A stretch of 56,747 nucleotides of DNA, the filler included, from Sphacelaria rigidula (Eukaryota), in assembly GCA_964200075.2 (NCBI GenBank). It is 7 parts of 7 records of this genome, joined end to end, with 100 filler letters (N's around TTAATTAATTAA, not from the genome) between each part and the next. Parts side by side here need not be neighbours in the genome. Positions count along the whole stretch, not along the records: positions 24,366 to 32,386 come from CAXNAA020012607.1; positions 32,487 to 40,507 come from CAXNAA020012608.1; 5 more parts are not named here. One strand, 5' to 3'. Under the pieces are notes generated by a model that saw only the letters and a list, made by a program, of their open reading frames with translations, was not told the DNA's origin and made no database searches. Made by a program: the position numbers and the translations under genes. Shown here piece after piece: positions 24,607-36,868 of the stretch (position 1 is the first letter of the stretch; the number at the start of each line of letters is the position of its first letter).

Positions 24607-25793
24607 TGGGGGAAGGTCGCCCATACAAGCAGTATGAATGCCTGTTCGAGCTGCTGAAATAGCTGCAGGAATGATCCAACGTGCATACAGTATTCAAAAT
24701 TTGAATATGATATACACTCAATCGGATTTTTTCCACGAACGATATGTCGCCTTCACTCGAGAGTTTGAGATTAGGTAGGCGTAGGAAGATGAAGAGGTCG
24801 TGCTCAGGACACATATCCCAATTTGATGTTATCGGAACATTGGGGATTACAACTCTGTTTGTCGGGGGGTGTTATTGACCGCATTTGGCCCAAAAACGCG
24901 GTTTCTCGGCTGTAGCGCGATGAACATCCAGAAAATAGAAAAGCTGGAGGTATAATATAACGATTCGGGTCGGTTGGATCGGGCGAAAATATCAAATAGC
25001 AAGAATGGGGGGCTGTACACTCGTAGGACCGGCAGAGACCGGTAAGTCCGTATCTCGTTCAAAATTGGTTGTAGATTATATTTTTCTTGTCGAACCTCAT
25101 GTCGGGTTCTCATGTCTCTTGATTCCCAAAGTTCGGAATCAAACAGAAACCGTGATGAGTCGTGGTAACCGAAAAAATCGAAAAAATCGAAAAAATTTTA
25201 TCTCAAGTTTGACTACTATAGATGATCGGTTATTCCAAGTGACCTGTTCCTATGCTCTCCCTGTAGGGTGGGGTACGATCCCCGGGAAAGTCCAAAACTC
25301 AGCCGTGTCACTGGTGTTTTTATTTCCACATTAGTTTGGTCTTTCTGACTCGCCGTTAACCCGTTCTAATTTATCCAAAACAATATGCAGCCTTGCTCCG
25401 AGTCCTGTAACACGTAGACATGTAGACCGACCTCAGCTTCGGAGGTGTGAATTGGTCTGGTAGTCTAATCTCTGAGATCGAGAGACTCCTCCCCACTCCG
25501 GAATTCAGGCGTGGTACAGTCTTTATATTAATGCCCCACCTTCAGATAAGCGAAGCGCCGAAAACATGAGCACCCTCGCTTCTTAACCATGGCAGAAGGC
25601 CGCTGCATGCCCATCGGCCATTTGTTCCCCTATTACAATCCTCCGTCGAAGAGCCCATGTCCTTTCAGCCTTCATCCCACCTCCACAAGTCACACGCCTT
25701 GAAAATGAGGGACTGTCAGCAAGGTAGTGCTGTGAGCCACTTGTTTTCCTTCTTATATACGCTCCATATTGACGCCCATGTGTCATGTTACAG

Positions 25794-25963
25794 GATCGGC
25801 TGCGACGGAAGCTGGAGGAAGACCTAGAAAATACGCGAAAACTTCTTCAAACGGAAAAGACCAAGGCGGCGGAAGCGCAAAAGCGAGCGGGCGGAGCGGA
25901 CAAAACTCGCCGTACGGAACAGCGCGATCAGATCAGAATTTTGCAAGAATTGCAAGACCTCAG
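25794..25963 (+). CDS. Coiled-coil protein of unknown identity, exon A
   Basis: CAG acceptor and GTCAGC donor. Encodes DRLRRKLEEDLENTRKLLQTEKTKAAEAQKR...ILQELQDL. Phase 2 end joins the next exon (AG+G = Arg). Confidence 0.75.
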
Positions 25964-26040
25964 GTCAGCCTTTTTTTGTGTGCTATTTGCTCGTGTTTTC
26001 GCCTTCTGTTTGCTCTATGTGACATTGCACTATATATACA

Positions 26041-27897
26041 CAGGGACCGTAGGTAAGGTAGGTACCCGGTACCGGTATTCGGGACGTCTCATACCCTACC
26101 GATACCGGTCCAATAAGGTGATGTTCAAACGTCATACCTACGATACCCACGATACCACGGTATTTCTAGACGTCAATACCTGTCCCGTCGACACCACGGT
26201 ATTTTTAGATGTCAATACCTACGGTACCCGCACAATCGAATATTTTAAAATGTCATACTTACGATACCTGCAATACCACGGTATTTCGAGAGTTTAAGAC
26301 CTACCGTATTCCCTCAATCAGGTATTTTCGAGATTCGTACCTACGATACCTACGATACCACGTTATTTCGATATTTCAATACCTACCGTACCCCCTCCAT
26401 CGGGTATTTTTAAAACTCATACCTATTATACCCATGCATACCACGGTATGGGATACCCCGGTAAATGGGTATACCCGGTATTTACCGGGGGTTTACCCGT
26501 AAATACCGGACGCGATGCGCTCCCCACGGTGCAGCAGCTGGTCCCATCTTGAGCAAAGACCAGAAGTTGCCGGAGCAAGTACGTCTTGTTTTCACAAGTA
26601 ATATATACCCAGATTCCCCCTGATTTTCGTGTTTGAATCAATTCGAATGAAGTTATTATTATATAGCCTGAAGTGCGTTCGATATTTTTTCTCGATCTGA
26701 TAAGTCCACCGCCTTTCTGTTGTCAAAAGGCTTCAACTCAAAGTTGTAATTAGTGGCGCGCGGAGAAGAGCAGCAAAACAATAAAGCAGAGCTTTTTCGA
26801 TCAAACACATGCGGTCAAAAGACACGAAGCGGCACTCGACTCCTATCTTACAGGCCATCACGCCAGATAACACCCGTTCATAGAACCATATTAACTTCAT
26901 CCAACTTATTCTGAGCCACCACCGTAACCCTGCAGCATCGAGTACGAGTTGAGCACAGAGACAGATACACTCCAGTACTTGGGTATGCTTCGTTTATTTT
27001 TCGTCGGCGAAAACTTACACATCTTCTTTCATAGTAGGATCAGCGACGGAACTGCCTGGTACGATGGGCAACCGAGTTGCGTACAAGCTCATGTACAGCG
27101 CAGGTAGTACAAAGCTGTACGTTGAATTCATCTTCACGTCGCATTTTAAGCAAATAAAACTGATAGTCCTGGGCTATCTGCACTGCACGTTGTCCGCTTC
27201 TCTTTAAAATCCTACTGTACGGAACACGCACACACGCAGTCGAGACAGACACAACCGGTTGCAAGCAGTGCAGACAGTACAGTCTGTACTGCACACGAGT
27301 GACCACGTACCGTTTCATTAATCTCACCATCTTTTTCGGTCGAAAGGTTGAACACGCGCTTGGATCCAACTCGACGAAAATGAGCGATTTTCGCTCAAAT
27401 CAATTTCACCGCGCCATTTTTTTGATCGGAAAAAAAGTGCCAAGACACGCTCTGAAACGCTTCTCCGCACTGCCGGATGACAGTTTTGAAATCGTTGTAG
27501 AGGGTAAGGCAGGTACTGGTATTTGGGACACGTCATATCCTACCGATACCGACCCAATCGGGTATTTTGAAATGTCATACCTACGATACCTACGATGCCA
27601 CGGTGTTTTGAGATGTTGATACCCACCGTACGTGCCCAATCGGGTATTGTTAAAATGTCATACCTACGATACCAGTACCTACCGTACCCGCTCTATCAGG
27701 TATTTTCCAAACTCACACCTACGATACCTACGATACCTACGATACCACGGTATTTCGAGATTTCAATACCTACCGTACCCGCTCTATCAGATTTTTTCAA
27801 AGCTCATATCTACGATACCTACCCATACCTCGGGATAGGATACCCGGGTTAATACCGAGGGTACGCTCGGCACGGTACCTTACCCACGGTTCCCGTG
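26041..27897 (+). mobile_element. Non-autonomous hAT-like TIR element inside an intron, with two blocks of subterminal repeats
   Basis: ~22-bp imperfect TIRs (CACAGGGACCGTAGGTAAGGTA vs reverse-complement CACGGGAACCGTGGGTAAGGTA). ATACCTACGATACC repeat blocks at 26050-26500 and 27500-27890. Homologous to 1-1007. No TSD recognised. Confidence 0.78.
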
Positions 27898-28269
27898 CAA
27901 CACTACAAAGGAAATAAGTCACGAATGGCGTGGTCAGGGTACGGTTGCCATTTCCTCAGATGGAATTACTTCGTTTCTCGTCTTTTGATAACTACTTGTG
28001 TTGTTTTTGTTTACTTCTGCCATGGGTATTTGGCAGTAGATCTTACCCCAGCTCGTAGCCCCAAATCCATGGTTGGAGCATATATGATTATCATTTGAAG
28101 ACCGATATTCGGATCTCCAGTGGGGCAGACCCCGAGTGCTTCTAGCGTGCGCGGAACGCGTTTTTGTCCAAATCGGCGCCTGTGCCGCACATTTGAGGTT
28201 TGCCGAAGCAGCCTTCGCCCAGGGCGTCCTCTGCACCTCTCTTGTCCGAGGGTTCATCGTACGCCTTGA

Positions 28270-28313
28270 GTTGGGGTTGGGGTTAGAGTTAGGGTTAGGG
28301 TTAGGGTTAGGGT
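28270..28313 (+). repeat. Interstitial telomere-like (TTAGGG)n tract within a dispersed repeat; second copy at 39333-39359 (-)
   Basis: GTTGGGGTTGGGGTTAGAGTTAGGGTTAGGGTTAGGGTTAGGG. About 110 bp upstream is homologous to 39360-39470 reversed. Confidence 0.8.
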
Positions 28314-28667
28314 GATTGATGAATGTATCAAGAGTCGGACGAACTAATGATTCGTTCGGAAATTACTTGATTCTAGTGTGATTGGTTCGTACGGTACGAA
28401 TCAATCCTTGATGCTTTGTTTTCAGCGTTGCAACCCAGGTACGCGCAGCCCAGGCACGTGGAACGGCGCAAAAGTTGCGTCGAGACCTGTTTGACCAGCG
28501 GTCGACCTTTTCCCTCTCTTTCGATCGATCAGGCAAAAGAAATCGCGGATTTGGTCATTCGAACCGGCGATGATGCGTCCCAACCGTGAAATGTATCAAC
28601 CGTGGATTCGGAGCTACGAAATGGGGGTAACCCCACCTCGTTTTTTTTTACCGACCTTCAACAATAG

Positions 28668-28812
28668 GGAGCGTGCGGATGAGTTAGAAACCGCAGTCAA
28701 GGAGAGGGATATGGTCGTCGAAGAGCTGGTGCTAAGCAATCAGTCGCAGCTGGAGAGCAACGAGACGCTAACCGTGCAGAACGAGGATCTCCGCGGGGAG
28801 TTCAATGAAGCG
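28668..28812 (+). CDS. Coiled-coil protein, exon B
   Basis: TAG acceptor and GTAGGT donor. Encodes ERADELETAVKERDMVVEELVLSNQSQLESNETLTVQNEDLRGEFNEA. Phases 2 and 0 are consistent. Confidence 0.75.
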
Positions 28813-29653
28813 GTAGGTTCGGATTCTGGTTTTGTCCTCGGAGAGAAGGTTCTGCGAAGAAGCAACTGTTTGATCGGCGGGGAGGTGTTGGAACCAGGCG
28901 GCGTCAGTTTTGGTTCTGTTCTGGACGTTTTTTTTTCTTCTTCTCCCTTCAGGTGGTTTTTTCGAGGTCTAAGCGGTGAATTCCGTTCCTGTTCGTTTCA
29001 ATTTTCGTTTGAGGAATTTTCTAGGAGAGCTGAACGTTATGAGAGTTTTGGATTATGCTTCCATCTTTCCTTCGGAGATAACGGCTCTAGTAGGGAGCGA
29101 TTGCCTGGTCTGCGGGGATGTATCGGAATAGAGAATGAAGCGACGAGATTTTCATTTTTGGTTCGGTTCAGTTTTGGTTTGGTTCAGAACGAGATTATTT
29201 TTTAAGGCATTTGTTTCAAGATCGAAGTCACGCGTTTTCAGGTTCGGCTTGCGCTGGCATACAAACAGACAATGTGGTTCGACTCGATGTCTGGCTTTCT
29301 CGGGAAGGTTCAACTTGGATGATAGTCGGTGAGATATATGTTTTTTGTTTTTTTCAATTTCAAAAATAATCTTGATACTTATCCTTTGGGAACTCTCCCC
29401 TTTCGTCCCCGGGCCAGACGCCTCCTTTTTTTTTCAAGGCCTGACAACGAAGGAAAGATGAAAACAGAAAAGACCGACGACAACCATTTTTACGATGGAA
29501 GGCCACAGAAGAATCCACCTTGCGTTATGCGCGCACAAAAAATGTCACCCCGGTGCGGTCGGATTAGTTTTGTCCAGCGAGGGAACGCAACGGGCCAAGT
29601 GTGTTCAACTTTGTGCACACAGCCAAAGTTAGCACTTTCGTGCCTGAAGTCTA

Positions 29654-30258
29654 CTTGCTCTGTGCCATAAGTAAAGTCCGTTATGGGGGGCAGATCGTAT
29701 ATCGCCAACGGAGTTGCCCACGATGCTATAGTTAGATTTTTCTGAAAGCTGTTGATGTGCTGATGCTCGCTTGAAAAAAAAAAAACTGAGCCGAAATTAC
29801 TGAGAATTAGTGGGTCAAACATGGCCAAATTTCGACCAAATGTCGACCAAACTTCGCCGATCTGTTCATTGTCGGCCGAATTTCGACGAATTTGGCTTGT
29901 TTTGAAGTAATTGAAGACTACCATGTAAACGAGTGGTTTCGGACTAGGCGCAGCTATCGTATGCCAGCGATGAACCGGAGAAAAAGAGCCAGTTATGCTT
30001 TTTTTCGCGATTTTTGCCGTTTTTCGGGTTGCCAGGGTTCTTCTCTGTTATGGGAAAGGGGCGAAATATGGCCATTTTGGGGCCGACTGATCGTTTATCG
30101 GCCATTCGCGCACGCTGACTGTTGCGCAAACAGGAGAATAAAAGACGCGATTGAACCAAAATAACCTTGAAGATTGAAAAAAATATATCGCCTACGGCAT
30201 TGGACACGGTTAAGGGTCCGTGTGATCATAACGGACTTTACTTATGGCACAGAGGAAG
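29654..30258. mobile_element. Stowaway/mariner-type MITE, 605 bp, TA TSD
   Basis: ~32-bp TIR CTTSCTCTGTGCCATAAGTAAAGTCCGTTATG. TA at 29652-29653 and 30259-30260. Confidence 0.88.
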
Positions 30259-30581
30259 TATACAAACAGAAATCGGCACCGCCTGTCTCTTTTTATATAC
30301 TGAGTCCCGTGCAGCAAGCACTTGAGTACATTTCTATACGGGTCTAGAAAACACGCCTCGGGCTAATTGATGACTTTGCATGAAAGCTGTAACAATTTTT
30401 ACCGATATGTCGTTAAAAAAACAGCCCACATCTTTTTTCCATCGCCAATGTAAAAAAAATAATGCTCCATTTCGCGTAATTTATTTATACATATATATAT
30501 TATTCAATTTTCACAATAACTACTACTGTATTTGGTGTTGCTTTTTGGTCCCCCGTTTTTTTTTTCGGAACCATAACGTAG

Positions 30582-30722
30582 ACCCAACTTCTCGAGGACA
30601 AAGTTCGCGAGTTGTCGGACTGCCACGACCAGCTGGAGGTGGCGAGGGAGGCGGAAGAGGAATACGAGCGGCGGCTAGATGATGAGCAGGCCAAATCGAG
30701 GAGGCGGATTCGCGCGCTGGAG
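30582..30722 (+). CDS. Coiled-coil protein, exon C
   Basis: Poly-T tract plus TAG acceptor, GTGAAA donor, 47 codons. Encodes TQLLEDKVRELSDCHDQLEVAREAEEEYERRLDDEQAKSRRRIRALE. Confidence 0.75.
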
Positions 30723-32574
30723 GTGAAATGACGTGCAGTGTGCAGTTTTTTTGGCATTATTGTGAAATAGTGCTGCTTTGTGTTTGGTGGACATTTCGGA
30801 ACAGCTTTTGATACTTGCAAAAAAAAAAAAATCCCCGATAACTTGAATCAGTCCGTAGAACGTTCTGCACGGAAGCGCACCAAGTGAACACGAGTCACGA
30901 AAATAGTGAAATTTCGAAAAATCGATTGGTTGATTGACTGTCGCGCATGAAGTAATCCGGTACGCATCTAGCCGTGGTCATTAGATACGAGGTAGACGAA
31001 AAACTACCGGACACCATAGTATGCGCGAATGTTCGCTGGAGAAAATTCGAGGAACGGGGAATACGGAAAAGAAGAGTGAACGCATACACACACGAACCTG
31101 AAATCGAGACTGACAGAAAAAGAGGTGAGCTAAACAGAGGAAGGAAAGGAAAAGGGCAGGACAGGATGGAAAAAGGACAAAAAGGTGAGGGAAAGGAAAG
31201 AAAAGGACAGGGCAGGAAAGGACAGGACAGGAAAGGACAGGGAAGGTCAGGTTGAGCTATATCACTGCTCCCGAAAGAGGAAAGCAAGATAAGAGTCACG
31301 GCGTAAACTTCGGTACTGCATCGCACAGCCAGTATACCGTTTGTTTGTTTGTTTGATTGATTGATTGATTGATTGATTGTCGCGCTTTAACTGACCCCCC
31401 AGGGGTCCAGCCGTCGTATCCAAGAAAAACGAAACTGAAACACGCTCTGAAGAAAAAAAGGAACAGGGGAAAAAAAAAATCGAACAGTTATGAAGTGCGG
31501 CAGTGACCCCAAACCCCCCTGACATGTAGCTGTTGCTGCCTAGTTGTGTCTTTTGGAGCATGACCTAGCCGTGTGCACGCTTTGCACGGTTTTCAGTAGA
31601 CGTTGATTTTGATATCAGAACGATCGCATGTTTTCTAGAATCGCAGGCACATGCAAAACACAGACAGGCGTACATGTGCACCTCGTGCAATCTGCGGACG
31701 GACGCATTCTCACCTTAAATATGTTGTTCTGCCCTTATCCAAAACGCTCCCAAAAAACAGCCAAAAGTCTATCCTAATCCATCAACCTCGACCAGCCACC
31801 AAGGCACTCATAAACCTCTATCCCCCACTATGATAATTGAGTGCGGCGACGATCATTTTGATGCCAACGACCTTTTATACTTCATGTTTTAGCTATATCT
31901 TGTGGAGGATATGACCAAAACACAGGATATGACAAATCCCAGAATGTCGCCTTTACCTTGTCACATCTCGTACTCTAAAGTGACGTGCCGGTGATCATGT
32001 CATGTTCGTTTAATGAAGTTTTGAATATTCCAGTGGATTTCTTTTTTGCCGAAAAATTGTACTGTATCCAACAAGACTCATGTGCCGGTAAAAAAAGAAT
32101 ACATAATGTACGTTGTCACAAAATCGTGGCTCTCGATCTCTCTGTTGAGTAATAACCCATCCTCTCCTTTTTTTCTCTCTCCAGCACACTAGTGGGCGGG
32201 AAAAAATCATGTGCCGTTCATCGAGGACGCCATGAAGGTGCGGGCACGCAGTCGCCGGAATGTACTCAGATTCTGTCCTTCGATATGCGATGCTGAGCTC
32301 CCCCCCCCCCGCCCGGGGACCCCCGATGGGGTTGGCGTCGCTTGGCGATGACGCTGTAAAACACGCCACTCACTACGTAAGCTAGGNNNNNNNNNNNNNN
32401 NNNNNNNNNNNNNNNNNNNNNNNNNNNNNNTTAATTAATTAANNNNNNNNNNNNNNNNNNNNNNNNNNNNNNNNNNNNNNNNNNNNCTTCCGTGCAAGAG
32501 AGAAATACCACTTCAACCCCATATTTTGTATGAACCCCAAAATATAAAATCGGCTGTTATAAGGTGTTTCATAC

Positions 32575-32649
32575 ATCATGCGCTGTATGACTATATTCTT
32601 GGTGACAGTTTTGGGCTGGTTTTGGGAGGAGGCTATCGTAGAAAGTGCC
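32575..32649. mobile_element. Partial GACACTTTCTACGATAGC MITE end (another partial end at ~24436-24463)
   Basis: TTTTGGGCTGGTTTTGGGAGGAGGCTATCGTAGAAAGTGCC. Confidence 0.65.
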
Positions 32650-34489
32650 TCCCATGACTCTTGGATTCCCGCTGTATCTAGGTCGCGTTTACTTACTTGG
32701 TTGGGCTATCGCTTTTCTCTTGCCCTTGTCTGTGGCGAATCCACACACGTTCCACGATCCTTTTCTCGACTTCCTTTCAGAATCATTATCCACTCTTCTT
32801 GTGTCTACTGTTCTCTCTCCGTCGTTTTTACTTCTACTTTCCCTTGCTTGATTCTTCTTTCTGTTTTCAGTTTGGTCCTTGTCTATTTGCTTCAGGCCGT
32901 TATGTCCCTTCCTCTTTCCCTTCCGGGCACTCACTCGTTCTTGCTTATATTTTTCATTCGTTTACCTGCGGACTCCGTTTCAGGTTTGCCGTTCCATTAG
33001 ATATGCATACTCTCCACCGTACCCTTCTAACCCATGCCGACACCTTACTCGTCTCTATCCTTTCCCACACCTTGCTCCCGCTCTGTTTTAGCGTGACTCG
33101 GAAGTGTTCTCCCTCTCTACGCTACCTCTTGCCAAAGAATACAGTCCGACTTAATCGCCTTTCCTCTCAAACTCTACGCTCGTCATATCGCTACTCCGAA
33201 TACCAGCGCAAATTAGCAGTTCACTCGCCCACTCTTTACTCCTCCACCCACCCTTCCTAACCGGCTCTCTTTTGCTGTTGTATTAGGTCGGCCATCTTTC
33301 TCTGTACCTTGTTTTGATTGACTTTTGTATTCCTCTAATTTTTTTTTTTTCAAGTCGTAGTCTACTATGTCATTCCGTTCGAATTTTTCCTTCTTCTCTT
33401 CAGCGAGGGTTTCACTTTTTCTTTCCTTGGGTACGTCTATCATGCGATCACGGCTGGACCCCTGGGGGGTCAGTTAAGGTAAGACCATCAATCAATCTCT
33501 CTCGATCTCTTTCGAGAGTATCTCCAGCTTGTTCGTTCGGAGTATCGTGGTAGGATATGGTCAAGGCACTGGGACATCCCAATCCTAGTACTTGTTGGGG
33601 AGCTGGTGCCTTTCATTTCTTTTGCTGGCTCGCCGGCACTAGATAATGCCTCCAACACGGGCTCGTGGCCTGAAGCCAAGTTCAACACCTTCGACACAAG
33701 TACCCCACGTTTGTGCCAGGCGATTTTCATGGTCAACCATCCAGGTATCCCAATATCGTATCCTCTATCTTCTTGCCCCGCTGCTGCACTGGTTACTTTC
33801 CTCCAGAGAGGTCATTTTCACCGTATAAGGTTCACGGACGGCTTGCATAAAACAAGGTCTTACTCACACTTCGAAATATCCCGTACATCACTTCTTCCCA
33901 CTCCGTGTACGGTGCACCATGGGTCACTACTCCACTAATGCGCCCGAGTAGACCCTCGCTGCCGAAAGCTTGGCCAACTATTCCCCCACACTTTGTACCA
34001 GCTTCTATCCTCTGAGATCTAAATAAGTCTATGTACCGCTTGGTGGCGCTTCTCGTAGGCCATTTGGTCGGTCATTGTTGGGGTGTTTGTTTCACGAGTG
34101 CAGTAGGTCTCGACGTTTGTGCCATGCGTAATCCACCCCCCTTCCCTTCACTAGACGCATTTTGCACCTAATGTCGGGGGGTTCCAGGAACATCTCTCAC
34201 CAGATTTCCGCCGCCCGATGAAAACCGGACAGGTTTTTCGGGCAATTCACCACGAGATCCCAACCTCCATGTTAATTCAACAGGTCGGGGGTGATGACCA
34301 TACCCTATCCGTGCGTGTTTTATATCTTGTATTTTCAATTTGCACGTAAGGTGGTCAACCTTCACGCTATCACTTACATATCTAGGTTCCGGTTTTAATC
34401 TCGTCTTATCTTTTTTATGACATGTGAAAAAGAATCTCGGTTATTTCCCGTTTTGATATGGGAAGGTAGATATGCTTTTTCTCGCCATT

Positions 34490-34990
34490 TTACGTCTATA
34501 CCCGCGCTTGTGTCATGGTAGGTTAAAGCAAAAGGAGAGTTAGCTTCCATATTTCATGTATTTATCCGGGATATGGTATGGTATGTTGAAGAAACAGAAT
34601 TGTTAGCTGCTTCATTCCATGTCCATGTCTGGGCTGTGTTATGGTAGGTTAAAGAAAAGGGATGGTTAGCTGCTTCATTTCATGTTCATGTCCGGGCTGT
34701 GTCATGATGTATTCAATAAAAAATGATGGTTAGCCTCTTCATTTCATGTCTATGCCCGGGCTGTGTCCTGGTAGGTTAAAGAAAAAGGATGGTTAGCTTC
34801 GTCATCCCATGTCCATGTCCGGGCTGTGTCATGATAAGTGAAATAGAAAGGATGGTTAGCCTCTTCATTTCATGTCCATGTCGGGGCTGTGTCATGGTAG
34901 GATAAATAAAAAGGGTGGTTACGTTTGTCATCCCATGTCCATGTCCGGGCTGTGTCATGATAGGATAAATGAAAAGGGTGGTCAGCTTCG
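34490..34990. repeat. Minisatellite, 63-bp unit, about 8 copies
   Basis: CATGTCCATGTCCGGGCTGTGTCATGGTAGGTTAAAGAAAAAGGATGGTTAGC recurs at 63-64-bp spacing. Confidence 0.88.
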
Positions 34991-35962
34991 TACAGCGCCG
35001 TTGCCACTCGACGCCAACCCAACAGTCTGGAGGTGGTTTTGAGGGGGGATCGGGAAGGGGGCGGGTTGAAAGTGTAGCTGAAAAAAAAATACCGTCGGCG
35101 GATGTAATCAAGGCAGAACCCTTAAACTGAATTCTCTCCATGAGTTTGTGTTGACGATCGCTGTGAGCACCACAGCAAAAGAATATATTTCCTGTCGCAG
35201 TACCACGATGCTCGCAAGCACTCGTCAACGAGCACCTGTTGAAGGGAAATATGTCAGCTACAGTATTCGAGGTTTGAAAATAGGGTTTGAACTAGCTCCA
35301 ATCTTGTGGTCCAAAACTAGTACAAAGAGTCGATGCCCAGGTAGCCCACCCGTGTATTCGAATGGGAAAGTTCGTGGCTTTGGATTGAACCCTTTTAGAA
35401 CCCTCCCCTTCACTCCCTGAGTCAGACGCCCCCACGACCTCAAGACTTACAAGAGGAAAAATCGTGCTACCGCAACATTGAAAAATAACACAAGCGCAAC
35501 CGTGTTTACCGAAAAACTCAAAGAACGAATGCATCATCACATGCCATACAGGAACGAAAAATGCCACCCTGGTGTACTGGGGGATAGTCTGGTCCAAAAA
35601 TGGAGCGCCTTCGGTGAAGCAATATCAGCACTTGGGGTACAAGGATCTCATGCACAAAATCGGCACCGTTCAGTGGTACCAGTCCCCTCGTGCAGCAATG
35701 TCACATTCGGTCGTTTGTTCGCTTGCGTCTACGATAAGTTGCTTCAATTTCTGGTATCCCCGCTTTCAGGGACAGCCACGGCTCATACGCTGCATCACGG
35801 GTGTCTCTCCATTTCAACACACCTTAGGGGGAGGGCACTACCGGAAGGGTTAATGTTTAAATACTCCTGCGGATAAGACCCTAAAAGCTCTGTGCAGTCA
35901 ACGGACGTGCCAGGCTTGTTATGCATACAACAGTGTAGTAGGTGCACATCATAATTTAGCAC

Positions 35963-36085
35963 CTTGAAGAAGTCACTCTCGTCGGGATCGGCGGCGTCCA
36001 GCATGTTCCACGAGGAGAGCATGGCGTCCTCCCCGCCCGAGTACAGGAAGCATCCATCGGGGCTGAACGCCAGGGCGGAGGCAGC
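35963..36085 (-). CDS. WDR18: WD40 protein WDR18/IPI3/RID3 (pre-rRNA processing, rixosome), exon
   Basis: CAG acceptor, GT donor, 41 codons. Encodes AASALAFSPDGCFLYSGGEDAMLSSWNM, which continues HYK from the previous exon as in WDR18/IPI3. Confidence 0.82.
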
Positions 36086-36670
36086 CTGATAGTCACGCGG
36101 CACAAGGAATGACTTCTGTTGTTCGACCGCACGAGGAATGTCTTCGGCATGGAGAAGGGTTTCGTCGGTACTACCAAACTAGCAACGGGCATAAAAAAAC
36201 TCTAGAAAACATTATGTACGCCAGCCAGTTCAACTTTCAAAACTTTCAAGATCTGCGTGACTCATCAGGCGTTCGTGTCTCAGCGCGGGGCAACGACGCA
36301 TCCGAATTTCGAGGCGGTGGCAGCACTGGTGCTACTGCTGAAGCAGCGAGCAGGAAAGTGTAGCAACAGATATTTGATTGGTCTCGACCGCAGTATAATG
36401 AGCTGGACTGCACTAGTGGCATGTGCGACTCGACTTTTGCGAACCGATAATACAGTTGTCACGCTAGTCCCCGCTGATGAAATAGGGGGAAAGGATTCCA
36501 ATTATGGTCAATATGATGCGGAACGTCACTGGAAAAAACATGGGTGTGACGATAAACATGACATCAGTTGCGCGTTTCAAGGTTCACCCTTGGCGAAAAC
36601 AATATTCTCATGTGATCAGACCCGAGGCAACATCATGCCCTCAGTGTATTCATCTAATTTCGAACCAAAC

Positions 36671-36868
36671 CTTGTAGTGGGCATCCCACGCACGTAGTAG
36701 CGCCCCGCTTGATACTTCCCACAGATACACGCGTCCAGAAATACCGCCGCCCGCACACAGCGAACCGTCACAAGAGACCGCCAGGGGGCCCAGCTTTTCT
36801 GGAGAATGACACTTGAGTCGGGGTTGTTCTGTGCCCCACGCCCAGAAATGTAATGCTGTACCTTTCGC
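36671..36868 (-). CDS. WDR18: WDR18/IPI3/RID3, exon; remaining exons not located
   Basis: 66 codons. Encodes AKGTALHFWAWGTEQPRLKCHSPEKLGPLAVSCDGSLCAGGGISGRVYLWEVSSGALLRAWDAHYK, the characteristic IPI3/WDR18 G.IYLWEVxSGxLL....AHY segment. GT donor at 36670. Confidence 0.85.

Noticed and set aside
28570..29205. 211-aa ORF as a complete gene
   Set aside because: Only 28668-28812 is a coiled-coil exon. The rest is T-rich intron or repeat sequence.
30895..31326. ORFs with CPFLS / RKGQ repeats
   Set aside because: They are translations of a purine-rich low-complexity tract.
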